Shown: in pieces, positions 9,088 through 17,244 of the stretch
How positions within the stretch are numbered: the first letter of the stretch is position 1
Layout of the letters: each line of letters opens with the position of its first letter
DNA from: a virus
Lineage: Duplodnaviria; Caudoviricetes
Direction: 5' to 3' (one strand)
Virus record (IMG/VR): IMGVR_UViG_3300031603_000020
Location: 1 to 28,885 of that record
DNA length: 28,885 nucleotides
Program-made: the position numbers and the translations under genes
The notes under the pieces: model-generated
What the model was told of the DNA's origin: nothing
The model's input: the letters and a program-made list of their open reading frames with translations, nothing else
The model's database searches: none

Positions 9088-10637
9088 TAGAATACGATCC
9101 AGCTATACCTAAATCTAGATACAACGTACTGAAAGCTGGACGAGATCAGTACGTGACTAGAGCCGAGGATTACAGTAAAGTAACCCTCTCTTATATTATG
9201 CCTGATGTAGAAGATCGGACTTCCTCTGAAGTACAGAATGACTTCAATTCTGAAGGTGCAGCTCTGGTTAATCATCTAGGTAACCGTTATGTACAAGAGT
9301 TATTCCCAACGGCTAAACCCTTCTTCCGCCTGAGGATAGATGAGTTCACTAAGAAACCAGACGAGGATACAACCGAGAACGATGCCCTGTTAGCTATCGG
9401 AGAAAGACGAGCTAGATGGGCCTTTGAACAACGAGAGGCCCGTCCGGTGTTACTCGATGCACTACAGCATTGTATCGTTACAGGTAACGGATTAGTTATG
9501 TTCCCTCCAGATGGAGCTAAACCTACGTTCTATGCTCTAGATGAGTACGTTATCCAGAGATCCCCGAACGGTGATGTCTTAGAGATAATCACGGAAGAGA
9601 CGAAGGCTATTAATGCCCTGAGTGCTGATATAAGAGACGCTGTTATAGCTGAGTTAGATATAGCAGCAGATGCTAATATGAACGAAGAGACAGCTACTAT
9701 CTATACTTACATCAGGATAGATGAGGAGAACCCGGATAACTTCCTGGTTGATCAATCCGTTGAATCTATAGCAGTAGGTGATGAACACCAGAGTTATCCT
9801 AAGGAGTTACTCCCTTGGATACCCTTGGTATGGAAGAGAACAAGACGAGAGCATTACGGTAGAGGTCTAGTAGAGGATCATTATGGTTCCTTCTGGGCGC
9901 TCTCAGTGTTAACCGAGGCGTTAATCACGGGTGCTGCTGTAATGACTGATATCAAATACCTAGTCAGACCTGGATCAGTACTAGATGTAGTAGCTATGAA
10001 CTCTGCTGCAACTGGGACGTATCACTACGGTTCCCCTGATGACGTAGGGGCGGTCCAGACTAATAAACAGGCTGACTTCCAGTTCATAGCAGCTATCATA
10101 GCGGATTACAAGAAACATCTAGGTAAAGCGTTCCTGATGATCTCGAGTCAGATCAGAGATTCAGAGAGGACTACAGCCGAAGAAAACAGGATCAGAGCGC
10201 AGGAGCTAGATCAGAGTCACGGTGGTACTTTCTCGAACTTCGCTAGTACTCTCCAGAGTCCTATAGCTCGGTTACTCCTTAGGGATATCGATATTAATAT
10301 CAAGGGTTCCGGGATTGAACCCGTGATCGTAACCGGATTAGACGCTATGGGTAGATCAGCAGAGAACGAGAAGATCCGGTATCTGCTCGATGATGTATCA
10401 CTAATTAATAACGTTCCAGAAGAGTTCAGAGCTAGGTTAAGACCATCGAATCTTATATCTGTATTAGCTACAGGTAGAGACGTAGAGTACGAGAAGTGGG
10501 TTATGACCGAAGAGGAATTCTTAGCGGAACAGCAAGCAGCCCAAGAAGCCCAGGCTGGACAAATGGCTGGAGAAGCTATGCTAGATAAAGCTGATGCTTC
10601 CCAGATCGCAGAAGGAGTACAACAAGGAGTACAATAA
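9084..10637 (+). CDS. Head-to-tail connector (portal), T7 gp8-like
   Basis: 517 aa; GAALVNHL, VTGNG, PWIPLVW..EHYGRGLVEDH, RDSERTTAEENR, VTGLDAMGR. Confidence 0.95.
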   Translation: MIEYDPAIPKSRYNVLKAGRDQYVTRAEDYSKVTLSYIMPDVEDRTSSEVQNDFNSEGAALVNHLGNRYVQELFPTAKPFFRLRIDEFTKKPDEDTTENDALLAIGERRARWAFEQREARPVLLDALQHCIVTGNGLVMFPPDGAKPTFYALDEYVIQRSPNGDVLEIITEETKAINALSADIRDAVIAELDIAADANMNEETATIYTYIRIDEENPDNFLVDQSVESIAVGDEHQSYPKELLPWIPLVWKRTRREHYGRGLVEDHYGSFWALSVLTEALITGAAVMTDIKYLVRPGSVLDVVAMNSAATGTYHYGSPDDVGAVQTNKQADFQFIAAIIADYKKHLGKAFLMISSQIRDSERTTAEENRIRAQELDQSHGGTFSNFASTLQSPIARLLLRDIDINIKGSGIEPVIVTGLDAMGRSAENEKIRYLLDDVSLINNVPEEFRARLRPSNLISVLATGRDVEYEKWVMTEEEFLAEQQAAQEAQAGQMAGEAMLDKADASQIAEGVQQGVQ

Positions 10638-11482
10638 TGGCAGTAGAATTAACAGACGAAACTAAAGAAGCCCTAGAAGCTCAGGGTGGAATAGAAGACG
10701 ATAAGGCCACGGGCGCATCGGACACCGACAAGGATACACCTGAGGACATCGACCTGCACCTTGAGGATACTGGGGATACTGATGAAGGCAATGAGGCCGA
10801 GGAATCCAGTGAGTCAACTGATCTGAACAAGACAGTAGACGAGACACTTAAGGATGCAGGATTTGATGTAACAGCTATAGCTAAGGAAATCACTGATACA
10901 GGTAAGATCTCAGACGAGTTAATAGCTAAGGCGAAAGAGAAGTTAGATCCTGATCTAGTTGATGCGCACGTACAGAGATTGAAGGCCGAAATAGAGCTAA
11001 CTAAGATCAAGGCTAGTAAAGAGTACAAAGAGCAACTAGAGAAGAACGCTAAGGTTAAAGAGATGAACGATTACGTCTTTAACGCAGTCGGTGGTGAGGA
11101 TAAATTCAAGGCCCTTGGAGAAACCCTCAAAGGCAATATGTCTAAAGAGGAGCTAGGTATCATTAACGCTAAGTTACTCTCAGGTAACAAAGCTCTGGTG
11201 AATGAAGGTTTAAAATCAGCAGTAACTGAATACAAGAAAGCTAAGGGACTAGGAGGAAAACTCATGGAAGGTGACGGTGACAATACTAACACAGGAAATA
11301 CTGTTCCGCATATCACTAAGGAAGATTTCAGGGCTATAACTGGTTCTGATAAATTTAAGACCGATCCCATTTATAGGGATAAAATGCAAGCTGCCAGGTT
11401 GAAGTCCATCGAGATCGATAAGAAGAAGTACGGTCCAGGGACGTATTACGGGTTTGGCCAAAATGGTAGATACGAACTTTAA
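10637..11482 (+). CDS. Capsid assembly scaffolding protein, T7 gp9-like
   Basis: Acidic N-terminus, VGGEDKF, KFKTDPIYR; lies between portal and capsid. Confidence 0.88.
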   Translation: MAVELTDETKEALEAQGGIEDDKATGASDTDKDTPEDIDLHLEDTGDTDEGNEAEESSESTDLNKTVDETLKDAGFDVTAIAKEITDTGKISDELIAKAKEKLDPDLVDAHVQRLKAEIELTKIKASKEYKEQLEKNAKVKEMNDYVFNAVGGEDKFKALGETLKGNMSKEELGIINAKLLSGNKALVNEGLKSAVTEYKKAKGLGGKLMEGDGDNTNTGNTVPHITKEDFRAITGSDKFKTDPIYRDKMQAARLKSIEIDKKKYGPGTYYGFGQNGRYEL

Positions 11483-11499
11483 TGTATTAAGGAGTAATT

Positions 11500-11598
11500 A
11501 TGACAGACAACGTATTTGATGCTACCACTTTAATGTACCCAATGGCGCAGAACTACTCAGCCGACAAGTTTGCGCTAACCATCGAGATGTTCGACGGT
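11500..11598 (+). CDS. Major capsid protein, exon 1 (33 aa; joins 12382..13290)
   Basis: SD AAGGAG then ATG 11500; MTDNVFDATTLMYPMAQNYSADKFALTIEMFDG resembles T7 gp10 DKLALFLKVFGG; ends in U at the P1 U-G wobble. Absent from the ORF track. Confidence 0.9.
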
Positions 11599-12381
11599 TA
11601 CACGGCCGTCCTAGCGTAGCGATATGCTATAAGAAAACAGTGCGAACTCAGGGGACCTCTCAATGAGACAATCCTGAGCTTTAGTGTCAGTTCGTATAAC
11701 CCTTTATAAGGAGAGTATATGAACTTTAAAGAATTGAAATACATAGCTGAATACCCACGGTACGGAGGAACACCTGATGGACGGATTTACTCCTTTAAAT
11801 CAGATAAGTACTTAACTCCTGTTACTAAGAGTAATGATTACCAATGTGTATCATTAACACGGTATGGGAAAGCAAAACAGATCTCTATACACAGGATTAT
11901 AGCTTCTTTATTCTGTGTTAAACCAGAAGGATATAATACTGTTAATCATTTAAACGGTATTAAATCAGACAACAGAGCATGTAATTTAGAGTGGTGCACA
12001 ACTGCTCAGAATAATAAGCATGCTTATACTACTGGCTTGAAATCTCATGTAGGAGAAGAGCATAATCAAACACATTTAACTAATAAAGATGTATTATTTA
12101 TTAGGCAAGCCTTAGCCGAAGGCGAGCGTAATGCTGATCTTGCCTTTCAGTATAACGTAAGCAGACCAACTATATGCGATATTAAATATCGTAGAAGTTG
12201 GACACATATTTAAAGCTATGAACTGACACTGGAGTGCAACGACTATCCCCTCGGGGAGTAGGGTTAAGTAACCCGAAGCGCACTGGATCTTTTTAAAGAT
12301 CATGATATAGTCTGATCTGTATAGTGATATACAGCAGCTTAATAAGCGGGTAAAGATTAACGACCTTTACTGAACACTAAG
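11599..12381 (+). mobile_element. Self-splicing group I intron (IA2-like), 783 nt, in the major capsid gene
   Basis: P1 exon GACGGT / IGS GCCGTC (11605-10); P2 with GCGA loop; P3 CAGTGCG/CGCACTG; P4 CTCAGG/CCTGAG; P6a 11683-96/12217-30; P7 GACTA (12241-45)/TAGTC (12308-12); P7.1, P7.2, P8; P9 with GTGA loop; terminal G 12381; splicing restores the reading frame. Confidence 0.95.
11719..12213 (+). CDS. Intron-encoded HNH homing endonuclease (NUMOD4-like + HNH + C-terminal HTH; I-HmuI/I-BasI-like)
   Basis: IHRIIASLF, VNHLNGIKSDNRACNLEWCTTAQNNKHA, LAFQYNVSRPTICDIKYRRSW; looped out in P6a; own SD AAGGAGAG. Confidence 0.93.
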   Translation: MNFKELKYIAEYPRYGGTPDGRIYSFKSDKYLTPVTKSNDYQCVSLTRYGKAKQISIHRIIASLFCVKPEGYNTVNHLNGIKSDNRACNLEWCTTAQNNKHAYTTGLKSHVGEEHNQTHLTNKDVLFIRQALAEGERNADLAFQYNVSRPTICDIKYRRSWTHI

Positions 12382-13290
12382 CGAGTACACGAAATTATGC
12401 AAGCTGAATCTACCCTCGATGGTATGTTCGTTTTTAAACCCCTGATCGGTACAGACACTATGTCTAATAACGTTATGGGTCAGCCTACACTTCAGGCTGT
12501 TTCTCCAGGTGTAGAGCCTGTTGCGAAAAAGATCGAAGTTGGTAAGAATATCGTCCAGGTTAAAACCCCGATTATCGCTCGTGTAACCACAGCGATGCTC
12601 GCTGACGTCCAGGATCACCTGGATATCAGGTCCAGGACTCCACAGAACTTCGGTAAGAGGATCGCTAAATCCCTCGATGAAGTCCAGTTCGTACAGATCG
12701 TTAAGTCTATTCTGTTCGATGATGGTGACACTAAGGGTACTGGTGGGATTCTTTCTAAGGGACAGACTGTAACCTTAGATACCGCCCTTGATGAACTCGT
12801 AGCAGCAGATCTTACTACTGCTATTTATGAACTATCTCAGGCCCTTATGGAAGAGGAAGTATCTCAGACTGATGGTAAACTCTTCATGGCCCCTGCGCAG
12901 TACTTCACTCTCCTGAAGAATGATGATCTGCTCGATAAGGATATCAATAAGGAAAATGGATCTTACGCACATGCTGCTATCCAGGTTGCCTCTGGTATGC
13001 CTATTGTAGCAACTAACAGGATGTCCCAGGCAGCAGATACAGTTGCTTCCCCGGTTAAGACTGATAGTACTGCTGCTCTTTATGGTGCTGCTTATGAGAC
13101 TTCTTCTGCTGAAGCTGATATCGTAGCTGCGTTCGTTACACCGGAAACTATCATGGTAGCTCAGAGTATCCCTCTGACTTCTGATGTGTACTGGGATAAG
13201 AGACTACTGACTTGGTTCATTGATTCATACCTCGCTATCGGTTGCGGTCCTGATCGAACTGATAAAGGCGCTGGTATTTTCAAAGCCTAA
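12382..13290 (+). CDS. Major capsid protein, exon 2 (spliced product 335 aa), T7 gp10-like
   Basis: RVHEIMQAES..GTDTMSNNVMG, PAQYFTLL, WFIDSYLAIGCGPDR; in frame with exon 1; followed by a strong terminator. Confidence 0.93.
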   Translation, partial: RVHEIMQAESTLDGMFVFKPLIGTDTMSNNVMGQPTLQAVSPGVEPVAKKIEVGKNIVQVKTPIIARVTTAMLADVQDHLDIRSRTPQNFGKRIAKSLDEVQFVQIVKSILFDDGDTKGTGGILSKGQTVTLDTALDELVAADLTTAIYELSQALMEEEVSQTDGKLFMAPAQYFTLLKNDDLLDKDINKENGSYAHAAIQVASGMPIVATNRMSQAADTVASPVKTDSTAALYGAAYETSSAEADIVAAFVTPETIMVAQSIPLTSDVYWDKRLLTWFIDSYLAIGCGPDRTDKGAGIFKA

Positions 13291-13300
13291 GTAACACAAT

Positions 13301-13335
13301 AAGCCTCCTTGGGAACACCGAGGGGGCTTTTTTTT
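13301..13335 (+). terminator. Intrinsic terminator after the capsid gene (T-phi equivalent)
   Basis: AAGCCTCCTTGG-GAACA-CCGAGGGGGCTT stem-loop followed by a T run. Confidence 0.9.
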
Positions 13336-13440
13336 CTATACTACGGCTTCGGGCTTAAATAACCATCTGCCTTCTTCGTCGACAAAAGTTGGAATAACAG
13401 TAAAGGCCCGACCCAATTATAATAATTATAGGATGGACAA

Positions 13441-14007
13441 ATGGAACAAACAGAACTAAGGGTAATAAATGCCTTACTTAAAGTTATAGGAGAGTCCCCG
13501 GTTAACACTAAAGATTTGAGTCATCCTGACGTATTATCTGCTATCGGGGTATGGGAAGAAACTAGTGCATCTATACAATCTATAGGCTGGTGGTTCAATG
13601 TAGAATCCTGGGAGTTAGCTGTGGAAACCTCAGGGGAAGTTAAACTACCGAGTAATACTATCTCTATCGATACAGACGATACGAATTATATCAAGAGGGG
13701 TAACCGGCTGTACGATCTAGAGACGCATACTTATGACTTCAGTGCAGAAGACACAGTAGACGTAGATGTACTATCCGAGTGGTCAATCGAGGATCTCCCG
13801 GCTACTGCTTATAATTATATCCTGGCGGAAGCTAAAGCTACTATGCTAGCTGACTTCGCTATGGACGCTAATAAGTTAACTAAATTAACTACAGCCGCTA
13901 CTGTAGCCTTTCACTTACTACAAGTACAGAATCTTAAATTCAACGGACCCTCAGCGACATCTAGCGGTGCTGCTCAGACGTTACTACAGAACCAACCTAC
14001 TAGGTAA
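13441..14007 (+). CDS. Tail tubular protein A (T7 gp11-like)
   Basis: TELRVINALLKVIGESPV, IQSIGWWFN, RGNRLYD, EDLP. Confidence 0.92.
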   Translation: MEQTELRVINALLKVIGESPVNTKDLSHPDVLSAIGVWEETSASIQSIGWWFNVESWELAVETSGEVKLPSNTISIDTDDTNYIKRGNRLYDLETHTYDFSAEDTVDVDVLSEWSIEDLPATAYNYILAEAKATMLADFAMDANKLTKLTTAATVAFHLLQVQNLKFNGPSATSSGAAQTLLQNQPTR

Positions 14008-14017
14008 GGAGGTTATT

Positions 14018-16612
14018 ATCACAAATTATAATGGAGCAATAGACAATCTCCTTCAGGGTGTATCTCAGCAGCCACCTAAGGAGCGTAGGCCAGAACAACT
14101 AGAGGAACAGACGAATTGTATTAGCTCTATTATTAATGGCCTTGGTAAACGTCCTGGTACTTATCATCTTAAAAAATTAGCAGCCTCTTTATTCCCCGGA
14201 GGTGACACCTCAGTATTCTACTCGTACGATAGAGGGGATACAGAAGAACGGTACTTATTCGGTATAGGAGACTCTCAGGTAACAGCCCTGGATCTAACTG
14301 ATGGTTCGTTCGTAGATACTATCTACACAGCAGATCAGGCTTATCTCTTGACCGCTAACCCGGTTGATGACTTGAGGTTCCACACGATAGCTGATACTAC
14401 GTTCATAGCTAATAAGAGCATAACTCCAGCTACGAGTACCCCTACGGATACCACGAGCGTATGGGAGCGTATGCTCTATGTGAAGACAGCGAACTACGGG
14501 AGGACTTACGGGGTACTAATCGATGGAGTAGTTATATCTACTTACGATACACCGAGTACAGTTACTCTAACTACTACCTCGTCTTCTATACAGGCAAGTA
14601 AAGCTATAACTCTCAGAACTACTACAGTGTTATCGAATCTATTACCTGATGTACAATCTTGGGCTACCGCTAATGGTGTAGCTTGGGATATCTTCGGGGA
14701 TGTAGTATATTTATTCAAAGCGGATGCTGACTACGATCTACAGGTTACTGATTCAAGTAACGGTAACGACTTCATAGCTGTAACGCATACTATATCTTCT
14801 TATGATGACCTCCCGGAGATAGCCTGGAACGGTTATAAGGTTAAGGTCACAGGAGTAGACTCAGCGAAAGAGAACGACTATTACGTTCAGTTCAAGACTA
14901 CTGAAGGGGTATCAATAGGAGATGGTGTCTGGGAAGAAGCAGCAGGATTCGGAGTAGATACAGCCTTTGATCCTACAACTATGCCTCATAAGTTAGTTAG
15001 GGAATCAGACGGGTATTTCTACTTCAGAGAGATAGACTGGGAAGATAGATCTGCTGGAGATGACGACACGAACCCTATCCCGTCTTTCGTTGGGAACAAG
15101 ATATCTTCTATAGTATCTTACCAAGGGCGACTAGTCTTTGATACTGAAGAGAACAAGTGCGGTTCTGTAACATTCGACTTCTTTAACTTCTGGGCCGCTT
15201 CGGTTATACAATCGTCAGACGATGATCCAATTGATACAGCCTCGAGTGATAACCAGGTAACGAACTTACATAGCACAGTAGTCTTTAACTCATCTCTTGT
15301 TTCTTTCTCCGACAAGGCGCAATTCTTGCATTCAGGAGATACTCCTTTTAGTTCAAAGACCTTTTCTTTAGCTTCTAAAGCTCGTTATAATAATAATATT
15401 AAATGTCTCCCTGTAGCCTCAGCTACCTCTGTGTTCTTCTCGAACGACTTCGGGTTATTCACAGGTATCCGAGAGATGCGCTTCGATGCAGCTACGGGTA
15501 ATATAGCAGCAGAGGCGATAACTGAGCAATGCAAGAAGTACATCCCAGGTTCTGCTGTACAGATAGATTCATCAACTGATTATAATATCTTAGTAGTTCG
15601 TACAGATACCTCAGATACAGACCTTTATGTTTACCAGTGGTACGATAGGGATAACAAGAGGGTACAAGCAGCGTGGCATAAGTGGACCTTCGGGGTTACT
15701 ATAATTACTCATAAGATAATTAATGAGTACTTATATTTACTAACTAAGCGAGGGACCGATTACTGCTTAGAGTACATCGATCTAGCTGATCAGAATACAG
15801 CAGGAGTAGACTTCCCTGTACGCCTAGGGTTACTCGAAAAGGTAGATTTAGAGAGAACTACTAGGGGTTACGAGGGTACACCTACACTACAAGATTATAG
15901 TACTATATCTTTAGCTGATGTTGAAATAGTAGGGGGTTTATATACAGGTTTAGCAGGTACTCCTATAACATGGGCTGGATCTAGTTCAGTGTACTTATCT
16001 TGGGACGCTATAGGGTACGATGAGTCTTGGGACTCCGTGGGATATTTTACTTCTTGGTACGACTTAGGGTTCGATGCTGACGTAGTAGAGGATCTAGATG
16101 CAGCTAATACAATCATAGTTCCTTTCGATGCGATACCTGCACCGGGGAATAACTTGTATGACGACTTAGGAGAATTATTGTATGATGATTCTGGTGCACT
16201 TCTCTTTGATGATGCTATCACAATATCCGTATGGGTAGGATTATCTTATGACTCAGTCGCAGAATTAACGAACCCTTATGTACGAGATCAGTATGAAAGA
16301 CCGAAAACTAAGGGTACTCTGAGGTATAGTTCGATGGCCTTTAATGTAGCTGATACTGGTTACGTTACAGTAGAAGTAACTAAAGAGACAGGTCAGGTTT
16401 ATACGAAGGTGTACGATACGAAGATCATAGATGATACCTTGTTCTTACTGAACGGCCCACCGACTATAACTGATGCAGATGTCCCGGTTAGTATCAGATC
16501 TAACAGAGACAGATGCGTAATTAAAATTAAATCAAGTAGTCATTTACCTTTCTATGTATCAGATATAGATTGGTCCGGTGATTACTACGAATCTGGTAGA
16601 CGAACCAGATAG
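14018..16612 (+). CDS. Tail tubular protein B (T7 gp12-like); probable non-ATG start at ATC 14018
   Basis: NLLQGVSQQP..R, GLGKRPG, TMPHKLVR, WEDRSAGDDDTNPIPSFVG, QAAWHKW. SD AAGGAGG at 14006-12; the ORF-track start (GTG 13967) lacks an SD. Confidence 0.9.
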   Translation: MTNYNGAIDNLLQGVSQQPPKERRPEQLEEQTNCISSIINGLGKRPGTYHLKKLAASLFPGGDTSVFYSYDRGDTEERYLFGIGDSQVTALDLTDGSFVDTIYTADQAYLLTANPVDDLRFHTIADTTFIANKSITPATSTPTDTTSVWERMLYVKTANYGRTYGVLIDGVVISTYDTPSTVTLTTTSSSIQASKAITLRTTTVLSNLLPDVQSWATANGVAWDIFGDVVYLFKADADYDLQVTDSSNGNDFIAVTHTISSYDDLPEIAWNGYKVKVTGVDSAKENDYYVQFKTTEGVSIGDGVWEEAAGFGVDTAFDPTTMPHKLVRESDGYFYFREIDWEDRSAGDDDTNPIPSFVGNKISSIVSYQGRLVFDTEENKCGSVTFDFFNFWAASVIQSSDDDPIDTASSDNQVTNLHSTVVFNSSLVSFSDKAQFLHSGDTPFSSKTFSLASKARYNNNIKCLPVASATSVFFSNDFGLFTGIREMRFDAATGNIAAEAITEQCKKYIPGSAVQIDSSTDYNILVVRTDTSDTDLYVYQWYDRDNKRVQAAWHKWTFGVTIITHKIINEYLYLLTKRGTDYCLEYIDLADQNTAGVDFPVRLGLLEKVDLERTTRGYEGTPTLQDYSTISLADVEIVGGLYTGLAGTPITWAGSSSVYLSWDAIGYDESWDSVGYFTSWYDLGFDADVVEDLDAANTIIVPFDAIPAPGNNLYDDLGELLYDDSGALLFDDAITISVWVGLSYDSVAELTNPYVRDQYERPKTKGTLRYSSMAFNVADTGYVTVEVTKETGQVYTKVYDTKIIDDTLFLLNGPPTITDADVPVSIRSNRDRCVIKIKSSSHLPFYVSDIDWSGDYYESGRRTR

Positions 16613-16620
16613 GAGGTTCT

Positions 16621-17235
16621 ATGTTCCAATTGTTCGCAGGGTTAGCCTCTTCTATACTCGGGGGTTTATCCAGTAAGAAACAAGCAGAAGCTCAGAACGA
16701 AGCCCTAGAGTTACAATTCGAGTTGAACAAGGATATAACTCAGGAAGGTCTGAGTACTCTGAGTTACAGAACAGAGGTAGCCCAGACAGAAATTGTAAGA
16801 GACCGAGTTAACAGGAATATAGCTACAAAGAAAGCTGTCAGGAAAGCTACAGGTACATCAAGAGTATCCGCAGCGCAACTCGGATTAGCAGGTAAGAGGG
16901 TAGACCTAGGGTTAACTGAGGCGAAGAAAGAGGGAGCGAATATAATTTCTGAGAGTAATATTAATGCTCAGGTTGAACTCCAGAATCTAACGAATCAGTT
17001 GAATGATACAGCTAGGAATATGATCATGAACCTGAATAACGCGCGGCCTACTTATCAGGATGTACCTAGTACAGGTGATATCCTATTGAATGCCGGGATG
17101 TCCCTAGTTAATACTTACGCTGATATGAGCGATCTATCTAAAGCAGAGTTGAATACAGATATATCTGGTTTATTCAAGAGTAAATCTATACCAGACTGGG
17201 GTATTAATCCTGTTGCAACTGGAGCTAATTTATAA
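16621..17235 (+). CDS. Internal virion protein (T7 gp14-like)
   Basis: Gly/Ser hydrophobic N-terminus, helical Gln/Ala-rich body, AAQLGLAG motif; synteny. Confidence 0.75.
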   Translation: MFQLFAGLASSILGGLSSKKQAEAQNEALELQFELNKDITQEGLSTLSYRTEVAQTEIVRDRVNRNIATKKAVRKATGTSRVSAAQLGLAGKRVDLGLTEAKKEGANIISESNINAQVELQNLTNQLNDTARNMIMNLNNARPTYQDVPSTGDILLNAGMSLVNTYADMSDLSKAELNTDISGLFKSKSIPDWGINPVATGANL

Positions 17236-17244
17236 GGAAATAAT

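Noticed and set aside
12397-13290. Stand-alone 297-aa capsid starting at ATG 12397, with the HNH as a free-standing gene
   Set aside because: No SD at 12397, the conserved N-terminal motif lies in exon 1, and the HNH is enclosed by intron pairings.
13273-13358. T7 gene 10B-style -1 frameshift at the capsid end (GGT ATT TTC AAA resembles T7 GTG GTT TTC AAA)
   Set aside because: The -1 frame gives only ~25 codons running through the terminator hairpin and T tract, with no recognisable domain.
13345-13415. tRNA (about 70 nt ending in CCA)
   Set aside because: No T-loop GTTCRA, D-loop or cloverleaf on either strand.
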